Below are positions 14,301-26,300 of a DNA stretch of 35,599 nt, piece after piece. The notes under the pieces were generated by a model, which was not told the origin of the DNA, made no database searches, and saw nothing but the letters and a program-made list of their open reading frames with translations. Origin of the DNA: Choristocarpus tenellus KU-1152 (taxonomy: Eukaryota > Protista > Phaeophyceae). Positions within the stretch are counted from its first letter, which is position 1. Each line of letters starts with the position of its first letter. The translations under genes were made by a program, and so were the position numbers. Location: the NCBI GenBank assembly GCA_964200185.2, contig CAXNAD020000049.1:1-35599 (forward strand), given 5' to 3'.

Positions 14301-17300
14301 GACTGGTGGTACCATAGCTATGTTGACAAAAACATCCTCATGTAGATATTAGCTTACACAATTTTGAATACAGCTCATATACCATCACACCATCCCCACT
14401 CCAGTCAGCAACAATCTCTAATTTGTTGGAAACGTCAACACCCTGCTGGACTTTCAGCAACCAATTCACCCCTGCTTGTGAGTCTATCAGTCAATGAGAG
14501 CATTCCCTGATAATAATAAAATTGGTGCCTTAACAAAACATTTCAACATTTCAACAAAGAAGGATTTCCCACACTCGGCAGAAAAAACATTTGAACCAAG
14601 TGCTTTGGAAAAACATTATGGACCTGATTGTCACATGTTCTTAATATTCTCTCGTATCTTTTTGCCCTTGTTTATTACTTTCTCACCTTGAACAGTTCCA
14701 CCATGACCAACCCGCACACAGATGCTGTCGTAGTTGCAATGGCTGGAATGATCTTCCCAGCAATCATCTTGCACTTGTGACGAGAGGCCTGCTTAATTCT
14801 GGTCATTGCAAACAAAATATATATATATATATATATATATCATGCTTAGCTCAGGAAGAATCAACTTGACAATTAAACAATGCAGCATGTACATTTAGAT
14901 TAAATAATAAAGATAGGAAGCGATGGCGATGGCGAAACGGAAGGAATAAAGAACAAGTAAGCTATTAGGCCAACAAAAATGTCTCATAGTCAGGAAGAAG
15001 GGGAAGATTGGTAACAACATAAACAAGTTGCTAGAGCGGGAGTGCTTTGGATCACAGCAATGTAAGCATACAAGAATGGGGGCATTCCAACCTAAAGTAC
15101 GCAATGAGCCAAGCGCAGCCTGCCCTCCAAACTTCATCAGAACAAATTGAACACACTCCTCCAAGGTTCCTGACCGGTAGTTCCATGCCCGCATGTTGCT
15201 GGCTGCAGAAACAAAGTCGATGTGGAAGTTCAGGTCCTGGTCCTTCTCAAAATTCGCCGGCTCGAATCTGAGCCCATTGACATCCACAACCGAGAGCTGA
15301 TTCATCATTACGGTAAGAATACAACAAAAAGGTGTACCATGGGCATTGGCAAAGGGCTCAAATCAAACAAATGCACTTCAGCAAGCACTTCAGTGCACGT
15401 GTTTTGAGGGGGTGTGGCACTAACTGATGGAGGCCTTCATATACACTGTATCTTTTGGAGAGGGGCGGAAAAGGGAGCAATTACATAAGTAAAAAACTTG
15501 ACAATGTATATACAACAACAAAAAATCATCCAAGCCTTCCCCACTGCAATCAGGAGCCCATTATAGTCACGCATAAGACAATTCAATGCACAACTTTCTA
15601 ACAACACCAAAAGGTCAAGGATCTCTCCAACAGTCATACACCCTCACAAGAAGGCTTGTTTCAAAGAATCAATCCCTATTTCAGGTTGTAGATAAAATCT
15701 CACTCTTCATAAATGCCATGGAACCCCCTACTCATGCATTTTCCAGCAACCAGTGAACCACATTGATGACATCACTTTCTGCCATCATGAAAAAAAGCTT
15801 CCAAAGCAACACTCAACTACTGCCCAGAAAAAGCCCCTTCCCTCCTACCCCTCAGCTCCCTTGCCTGATCCAAGAGGGCTGCCAGCTCAGCAGGAGCATC
15901 TCCAGTGTCCATTTCCACCTCCTTGCAGTCCGTTATATGCAAGGGGGGAATAAGGGGGCAGGTGAAGAAGAGAGTGCCATTCCTATTAGTAAGAGAGGAA
16001 GCAAGCTTACAGTCCCACCACACTTCATAGAGTACAATTGTCTTTTCAACTCTCCCAAAAAAGGTGCATTTTTCGTCTTGAACTGAAGAAAATATTATAG
16101 CTTCATAATAGAAATACCTTACACTTCAAGCATGAAAGGGCACCCAAAGAATATAACAAAAACTCCAACCACCCTCACCATAACCCTAGACAGCTCTCAC
16201 ACTGACATTCCAAAGGACAATAAACACAATTAGATACGGTAAGGACAATGAAGACAACAAACACATGTTCAAATCAGCAAACATCATGCACCAGATTACA
16301 TGTCGCTGCCCTCAAGAATGATCACATACACAACAAACACAGAGTTGCTGCCAGATAGCATATCATCTCCTTCACATTCATGGAAAAAATTCTATATACC
16401 AGAGTCTGCGTGCACCAGCAGAAAATGTATTAACAGCATTGCCAACAAGTAAACTACCAGCAAAATATTATTTCCAACAAACAAGGGCAACAACTGGGTA
16501 CTCATCAAGTTTCCTGCACAAGAAAAAAAGAAAGTGTGTATTGGGTTTCACTGTAATACACACAATCGCGATAGCTCAGAGAAATGAAAACACACATATA
16601 CAAATACAGATTATTTTATTTAAGGTTGGCCAGAACAATAAAGGCAATACAAGGAAGTGTTGCATTAGACCCCAACAAAGACACGCACATCTATTGATAT
16701 GACACATTAAGCAGTTGGCCTTGATAGACTCTCACTACCAATACAGACAGTACAAGCATGTGGATACTACTATTGCCAACATTATTAATACAAAAAATAC
16801 TAGTATTATTACCATACGTGTACTGGTCACCTCCTGCTTGTCTTTCTCTTCCTCCTTTTCCTCCTCCTCCAATACAATCTTCTCCCCAGTGGGCTCCCAC
16901 ATAGGAACATCCTGGGCACCAGATAGTCTCATGACCTCTATTGTTGTTGACCCGTGTGAATGCCATAGTCAAGTACACAGCATGTATGCATGTAGAGATG
17001 GGGGAGGGAGGAAGTCAATCAAGAGAGATTCCTATCAAGAATAGAACCGCAGCGGCTGAATACTGCTCCTTGATAACAGATACCCTCCACAGAACAAAAC
17101 AAATAGTCTGTGTGCACTAATCAAATTGAATCAGCTCTTGTAAAAAAAACATGAAAAATATATTACACCTCGGTGACCCAACACAGAGCTGCACATGCCT
17201 TTGACGTAACTTGCCCTGAAAGCCCCTCAGCCAAGAAATGAAACACACTTCCTCAGCAAGCACGTCTTAAGAGTGATGTCGTCACAACAAAACTCAAAAA

Positions 17301-20300
17301 GAATGCTCTAAACTCCATCACACAGAGGATACCCTCTGTATCATTCAAACATAATGTATGATACCAACACCTACACAAACACAAACCTACTGATTTTAAT
17401 AAACTTACTGGTACACCCTCTCTTTAAGTGAAGTGCTACAAACACCTTCATAATGTATTATGTAAATGACCCACTGCCTTGAAGTGATCATGTATTTACT
17501 CCATGAACAACCAAATACAGGCAAAACCCAAACCCAAACACATTACCAAAAGATAAGTCCAAGCAAAGCACAAAAAACAGGTGAATCTCAATCAAGACCA
17601 GGTTGCAATTAGGATATACCTCCACCTCTAACAGCCTACAAGATATAGATACTAATGTCTCACTATTGGGGGAAGAAATCTATTGTCTCGTCAGCAAGGG
17701 GCAAAAAAGACATCTCTGCAGGAGAAAAGATCTAATGTGGTACCAACCAATCAGAAATTATACAGGCAGCTCAGATATGACATCCACCAATCAGAGATCA
17801 GAGATGATATCAGCCAATCATACTTCACATCAACCAAGTCACAATCAAAACTCCTTTCCCAAACCCAACACAGACCTCTGCCTTGTCCATTCTCATACCG
17901 TCTCTGGATCGCTGTTGGTGATCCATAGGAAGAAGCACTTCCTCAGGGGGGGGCACTACTCCACAACACGCTGCCAGGATATTGGCAACAGACATGACGA
18001 AGTTGAGGTGCTGCTCGTCCCCCATGCAGTCAAGACAAGCCGCTTGCGGGAACCGTTTCGCGCCAGTCCAGAAGCGTTCCCCAGATGATGAGATGTGGTC
18101 CTTCACATCCAAAAACCACAAAGTTTCAGCAACACAACCATCAGCAACAGCAGAGACGGGAGCTACCTCAGCAGAATCCATGGAGAGGTAAGAGTGGGCA
18201 CAAATAGACTTAACAAAAATAACCCCCAGCCTTATTGCTTATGCTTAAGGACCTTCTAGTTTCAGCCACTCCCCTGACCACGCTTTTAGGTGCCTCTGAG
18301 TGATGCACAGCATCGTTTTTCTGATTTCTTTAGCACCATATTGCACTGCTAATCTGGGGAAGGCGTTGCACTCTGGGCAGGCCTGTAGCAGTACCATTTC
18401 TCATATTCATACTGCCTTAGTATTTTCAGTTACTTCCTCTAGTATCAACTTTGCTCAAATGGTATTAGCTCTGTTTTCCTTATCTCCTAGCAAATATCTT
18501 CAACATACTTTTGCTTTCTCTTACCAATTCCACTCAGTGTGTATATTGAACTACTAAGTATTCTACTAAACGAGCATCCTATAAATGAGATATCATGTAA
18601 AGATTTATGTACTCATCTACTTTGGTGTATGTAACTCTATACAATGGTGCTCAAATAGAACAAAGCATACTCAAGAAATACATACAAATGAAGAAAACCT
18701 TTATTTTTATTAGCAGACCTGAAATTCGCCTTATCCTAAGATAACTTCTTTTGCTCAAGTCACATTTCATGGCCAACTGCAACTATGAATGGAACCCTTC
18801 AACAAAGGATAGGGCATGCTTAGTTCAAGTCTCACCTGAGCAATAATTTAATAATTGAATAGATGTGAGCATGGTCTTAACACTTACACGCCTACGCTGC
18901 AAGTTTGATCCCCACCGACACCAAAACATTTTTCATTACCCTTTCTAACCCCCAACTAAAGTCTAGACCACTGCAGGAAAAGGTCCCGTCCACAACACTT
19001 GTCATCCTTCTACGTGCTATGCACAGAAAATCAAAGCACTTGTCTGGTATTTGAAACCCTTACCTTATCATATACAAACAATAACAACCATCTTTGCTCT
19101 TATCTCTTCACAGAAAAGGTGCCCCTACCCATAATTCACTACACATTTAACTGATCGTGGCTTCAATCTGCCCGCTGAGACAGACCATTGGAAGCTTTGG
19201 ACTTCTTGCCTCATGGCACCATTTGCCACTCAGCAACCTGCGTGTGTTTCTTGCGTGTCATCTCTCACGCCAACAGTTCAATTGGACTAAGAAAAAAGTA
19301 TATAGTTGATAGAGTTCATTGTAATATAATATGGTCAATTGTACCATTAATTGTTCGGTTCAAAACGCTGAGAAAAAGGTTCACCTTTACCTTCAACTAC
19401 CTCAATGCATCAGTTAGGAAAAAACCCAGACCACAAGTCCATTCCACTCCCCGCATTCCTCTCAACTACACACTATTCCCATTATATTAATAATTAATAT
19501 GAATACATATATACTGAGTAAATACACCTCCGGGAAGTTGTGGATGAGCTGCAAGATCTTATCCCGGAACAGCGCATGGAACCTCAGAGTTGCCTCCCCA
19601 ACACAAGCCTCAAAGGTAGCCCCAGTTGCAAAAGTCAAGGTGGTCTGCAGTCGTCCCAGCTCCTCCAGAGCCTGGGGTATCGCAGAGGCTGCCTTTTTGC
19701 GGTCTGGGCAGTCCAATGTCGACAATCTCACCTAACACAACACACGCATGGCGGGGGTTTGGGGGGATGGAGGAAGGGAGGTAAGGGAGATATGGTCTTG
19801 AAATAATTGCCAAGGAGAAGTATCACTTGAATAGGATATAAATATTATTGCCATCACAGAGGTATTAAAAATAAGAACAGTCTGGCTATAATATCCCCCC
19901 TCCCAAAAAGATCAAGAATCAAAAAGAATCTCACAACATTCCGCATGCTTCTACATCCTCTTCATTCTTATTGCCCTGTTTTCCTGCTTTTTTTTTCTGT
20001 ACTATTCCAAGGTACAGTATTGAGGCACCACATACAAAAAAAAAATCTCCATTCATGATACTAGTTTTAGTTGCTATTTTTTGTCAACCCTTTCTTTTTG
20101 GCATAATCCTAATAAAGAATACATTTGTCAAGGCCAATAAAGCATACAATGGACACCCTCTTAGCTTGAAATAGAACCTAAAATCTCTCTTTTTTTGTTC
20201 TTCGCTTCAAGGGTTAGGGTTAGGGTTAGGGTTAGCTTCAAGAAGTGTATGGGTATTGCTTGATGATTACACTGCTCGCCAATACCATTCCCATCTCTGT

Positions 20301-23300
20301 CAGTGACCTATTGATAACTTCACTATTGAAGTCTCTTCACTGCAAAAAAGTAGAAAAACAAACATCTTGAGCAAAATCCACCACACAACACAGACAACAA
20401 CGACAAAGCCCACTATGGAGTACCATTCAAATAAACATTACCTTGTTGTGTTGCATCTTTATCTTCACCTCAACCTTGGGGAACAACAGATGCACCAAAA
20501 CGAGACATACATTACATTCATACACACCTAACAACACAAAGGTATCTGTTCCAAAAAGTAAATGCCCACCTCCTTGAGGTAGCCCTCCTTGTCCTCCACA
20601 AACTTCTTTGCTTCCACAAAAGGAGACACAAATAGATCCTCAAATTGTGCCCTGCAACACACATAAGCCACAACAACATCATGATATCATTATGTTGTCT
20701 AAAAAACAAACAGCATTTTAGAGCATGCCATGACAGTTCCAGGACACTACAAGGCAATCCACAGTGCTACAGTGACTCCAGCATGATAAATACATAATGG
20801 CACAACAGAGTCCATGAATTCACAAATCTATGAATATTGCCTATGGTGAAACTTACCATGCAGAAAAGAGAAAAAAGAAGGAGCAACTGTGGAGACAACA
20901 CCATTTGTAAAAGAAAACCTTCAAGGCCAGAAAAAAAAACTACCGTAAAATAGTGCACTGTACATACCCAAAAACATTACAAAGGAACTGCATACAAAAA
21001 GGAATAACAAACACTTACAACAACACATCAACAACGACACTTCATTCTACTCCACATCAGATATCTTACTATGCTTCCCAAAGAAATCGTGTTCTATGCA
21101 ATGTTGTTCTCCTCTGGTTATGCCGATCATGTGCGTATTGTATTTTGTGTGCAAACATCACATTGTGCCCCCTCCTCATCAACACTTCAATCCCACACAC
21201 TATAAAACAACATATTTACTCTAACTCTACTACTAACACTAGCACTACAGGGTAGCAACAGGATGTATTAACAGCTCACATAAAATTCATGATCAAGGGT
21301 TACACACCGTGACTTCTGCACTTACTTTATCTTCCTCAGAGGGGTAACAACTCCCTTCCACTGCTGTACTTCACCTGGCCCACTCAATGCAGTGCTCAAT
21401 GAGGGATGGAAAGTTTCTCAGGGTACACATGGGGATAGCATCATCGGCCTGGTCCTTTGGCCCATCAGCATAGCTCGCAGTGATGTGAGGCACAACCACC
21501 TGTAAAGCAGTGTTTTCAGACATTATAGCTTACATTGTTCTGCACACCGCTAAGAGTTGAGAAACTTCAGCAAGTTTATCTGAGGGGGGGGGGGGGGGTT
21601 GACCTATCCAAAGCACACATTTCATTACGCTTGAGAAAAAATAGAGCACCTATATTACATGTATCCAAGTGGTGTTCATATTACACTGACACATACAGGT
21701 AACCCTCAATTCATTGCCATTTCTGGAGAAACACTCGAGAAAAATAGAGTAGCACAAGCAGTAGAGTGCCATGGGGAACCCCAAAAAATCAATGCAGCTC
21801 TTCATTTCAACCATCACAATTGGCAACAACCTCAATCAATGTTCTCCTCCCCCCTGTACCAAAAACAAAAATCGCCTGATTATCTATCCACACAGAACAT
21901 CCTGTGTACAAAAAAATAAAAAAATAGGGACGAGGGGGGGGGAAGAATAAAATCTACAAAATGAAGGTACTTTACAAACCTGGACATTGCATTTGGTTCC
22001 CAGTGTTCCTGACTCTAGCAGTGGCTTGCCATAAAATACACACCTGAGGAACACACCCCAGAGCAGGGGAGGGTGGGCGCAGGGGGGGCAGTAGTCGACG
22101 CCAACCAAGTTTTTGGAAAACATGAAAAATATATATCAAGAAATGCATATACTACCTCTCTGTAAGAGATTCTGCAAAACACAACACAACTAAAAAAGGA
22201 CAACCAATAACCACTGTCCGTTGCCCAAGATCCTCAGAGTGATGTGAGATAGTTCAATCTTCAAATTGATAGCCTTACGGAAGGCATGGAGAAGGTTGGC
22301 GGCAAACAAGTTATCATCAACACCTGGCACTTTTTCTATTATCATCCAGTACTGACAATCAACACCATCACCCCTTCCTATCACCCTGCCAAAGTTGTAC
22401 CTTGAGTCGACATAAAGCCGTGCTTTCACATTGTCGAGCGCATTGGTGACAAAGTCTAGCCCTTCCCAGAAGGCATCCGAGAAAACATTCTCCGTTCCAG
22501 GCGACACAAAGTCCTCCCGTGAGTCCAGCTTCAAACATTTTCAACAAACAACACACCAACACAAAATAAGCACAGAGAATGGTTATACTAGAACAAAGTA
22601 AAATTCATACATGCAGAAGTGAAAGATCATCTGAAATGTGTTGAAAAACACTGACAGAGGAGAGGGGTAATTGCCATAAGAAAGTACTCTTCATGGTCAC
22701 AAAACAAAAAATACAATTACATTATCGGAAGCAACACATTCAAGCCACTCTAGATATAGAGTGTACACTTATTGAGGACAATCACTGGAGATAAGTCAGG
22801 TAAAGTCTTCTTAGAGTGAAATAAGAGAGATTCACAAGAGCTGGTTTGTGGTCTATTTATAGGCTATGGGTAACAGCTGTTTCTTACAGCAACAGATAGA
22901 TATCACCAACGGGTACTGATACTACTTTCAATTTTCCAACCAATGTACATACTAATAGCGGCATGGCAACAGTGCATCATCTTGGGCTATTCACAATTGT
23001 TTGGTATTCTGACAACCTGCATGTTCTCACACAAGAATATTACGTTCAGAGTCACATTGAGGCTGAGGACATTCCTAGCAGTTGCGCCATAACGGCTTCA
23101 CCTTGCCTCCTTCTATCTAGGGCTAGGGCAACCCATGGGGTGTACTCTTTACATTAGGGATACTTCCAACCTGCATTACTAACAGGGCATGTGTTGTTCC
23201 TTCCCATCAAGGCTCAGGTTGCTGATTCCAGTTAGTGTTGTGGGGCTGCACCTTGCAGCTTCTCTCCCTCCCAAGCCCCCCCTCCAGTAAGGAGGTGCCA

Positions 23301-26300
23301 AATTCCTGTTACAAAATAGGGACTGAAGGAAATCCTGGCTCCCAGCCTCACCTCCAACACGGACATCAGCCCCAGGACCAACCTCATCTATATACAGCCC
23401 TGCAGCTACCCCCCTGTCTTCATCCTCCATTCCTGCGCATTTACTACTTCACAAAAAGAAATGAAACCAATAACATACATATAGTACAAATAATGGTATT
23501 ACAAAACATACATAATGGACCAAGTACCTTAATACTGGGGTTCATTGCCAACACCGCTGCTGCAGCGGCCTTGCTCTTAGGCTGCCCCACATTGTGCTCC
23601 CGGAACAAGAATTGTCGGTTCAGGTTTGATACCTGTTACAATGTACCGGGGAAGGGGTGGGTGGGAGGGGTGTTCAAGGCAAAAACAGGGACGTTCCCTT
23701 TGCAAAGGATGATCCATGACACCACAGCTACATAATATTCAAATGACAATCCTTGGTTTTCAATTCAAAATAATAATACTTGCATCACGCCATCTGCATT
23801 CAAGTAACACACCCACACAAAATATGAAAATTAGATGACAACTGCAGTCTTCCCCTCTAAACATCAAAATTGAAGCACATTCGACTGCTCAAGTGCTAAT
23901 CCAGAAAAAAAATTAAAATCAGCACTGGCATCATACTTGCACCAATCAAATGTTGTGAAACATAAATGTGACACAAAATTTGTATTATATATTGGAACAA
24001 TATAAGGTAGACCTTTTCATGTCATAATCAAGCAGTACAAATAGTGTGAGTAATCACGCATGGTGTAACTGCACCTTTGATGAGAAAAAAGGGAATTTTT
24101 ACTCACCTCAATGCGATCATTATCTGTGACGGTGATCAGGCCTTCCTCTCCACAAGCAAGTCCAGACAGGGCAAAATTCTTCAAGAACTCACAGCCAAGC
24201 GCACCACAACCAACCTGGATTCACATCAACATTTTCAACATTTGTGCATACACAAAAAAAGACTGTCATATATGCATCAACAAAATCCTTTTTGTGTTTT
24301 GCTTTATGATTCTAAAAATAAGAAAAAAAGACCAGTAAATCCTCTGAAAAAAATATCACCGTCTATCTAGAAACCAAAAAAAACAGAACAGTATGGCGAT
24401 CACTGCAATATTTCGAATGTATTGATCAAAATCCATTGCCACCAAATCAATAATTTCATTACTACTATGACTTGTCGAATGGAGAAAAGTATGAAAACAA
24501 TAATTACGAACACGTTCACCTTATCCTATCTACAAAAAAGATATCTTCCGTTGCAATAGTAGACAAAATCAGACAATATTCACACAGCCTCCCCCCACGT
24601 TGACCCAAGTCCGCACCTCTTGTTTGAATGACTATTCAAGTATTTTTGTTAAAATTCACCAAAATATTATAATAGCTCTCATCTGGAAAAACAAAACTAT
24701 AAAAAAGAGTTACAAACCAAACCCCCTGTCTGGCCCTCCTGCCCCTCCCTCTTCCCCATCTCAGTCTTATCTCCATCCCTCACCATGAAGGTCTTTGCGT
24801 TCATGATCTTGTCACAAAGGAATGCCTCTCCAAAGAGAGCAATTAGGTGATCATACCTCCCTCCATGCGGCATGCTATCTGTAGGAGGAGAATCTGGAAG
24901 CATCTCCAAGAAGTCTAGGTGCAACCACTACAGTGCAAAACAAAAAAAAGTCACAAGTGAGAGATGACAGTAAATGTGGGAGGGAGGGACAGGGAGAGGA
25001 GGGGAGGAGGGAATTGGAAGTTGGAGACTGTGTGGTGAGGGGAAAAAGTAACTGAAAAATGATATGCAAGTCAATGGGAAAATGAAATTATTTTTTATAT
25101 TCTTCTGTCAGTCTTTTGTTCAATCGGTGGGAAGAAACAAGATAAATCAGTCAGCTTTTTTTCTACAAGAATTGTGCTTTTGATCAAATGTTCATCTTTT
25201 AACAAATGAGTTGATAAATTAACCTGTCACTATCATTCTTGAAAGAAATGAGATAATAATTGAAAAATGTTCTCATCTCAAGTAACCTTTTGCACACTAC
25301 CATTTCAAAAGTAGTTAAGTACATAGTGAGGGCAGCGGTGGAAGAATACATTAGGCCAGCACAGAAAAACATAACTCAAGGTGCATTTCAAATGTCCAGA
25401 ATATCCATATGATAGCAGTACTGACATCCCTATTCCCCTCTCCACCCCACCCCATACCTACACTTGTACTTTCAGTGAGTGCAGCTGAACATAATATGAC
25501 TCACTGCAATACTACATACAACAAACAAAAACAAAGTTGATGTACTTCATCCTCACAACGAACCAGAGATAATATTGGCAACACTGTGCCATTCCTACAT
25601 CTAATTGTGCAACTCCTTACTGTCCTATGTCACACAATGAATTGAATATGTTGCACCTTGAACAGTGTAGTAATATATGCATAGTACACAGTACTCAGTA
25701 CTCAGAAGTTGACATTTTGATTTCAGTGTATGTCACACGGCACCCTGTACTTGCCTGGTTCAGCGGGGTGAACTTTCCAGTGGCCTTGACCACCTCCTGC
25801 GCCACAACCCCTCCAAAGTATGCTGCGAGGGGTTGAACCTCCACTGAAGAGTACAGGGCCACCTTACGAATAACATCCTGAACATAAAAAAATAAATATA
25901 AAACAGTACAAACACATGTTTGACATGTACAGGTTGGTTCTTAGTGTGTTTTGTGTGTTTTGTGTGCTTTTTGTATACTACTGCTTGTGGTGCATATAAA
26001 AAATAAAAATATATAGAGAATATGTTTTCAACATTCTTGAAGGGGAACAACTTTTCATTCATCCTCGATTTTTGCATTTTGGTGCAAGCAGTTCTTCCGA
26101 AACCCCTTAAGTGTGCTGCCAAGACAGCGTCGTCCAGACCACCCAATCTGCAATGCTGCCAATAGAACCTGATTAACTGGGCTGCAATCCAACCCCATAG
26201 TGCCCAGATGACTGGATCTTGGTCAGGGCTGAAGGTTGACCCGTGGACTAGACATGAGAAGTGTGTTGACAAGGCTGGACCAGCCCTGTCAGAAATATCT

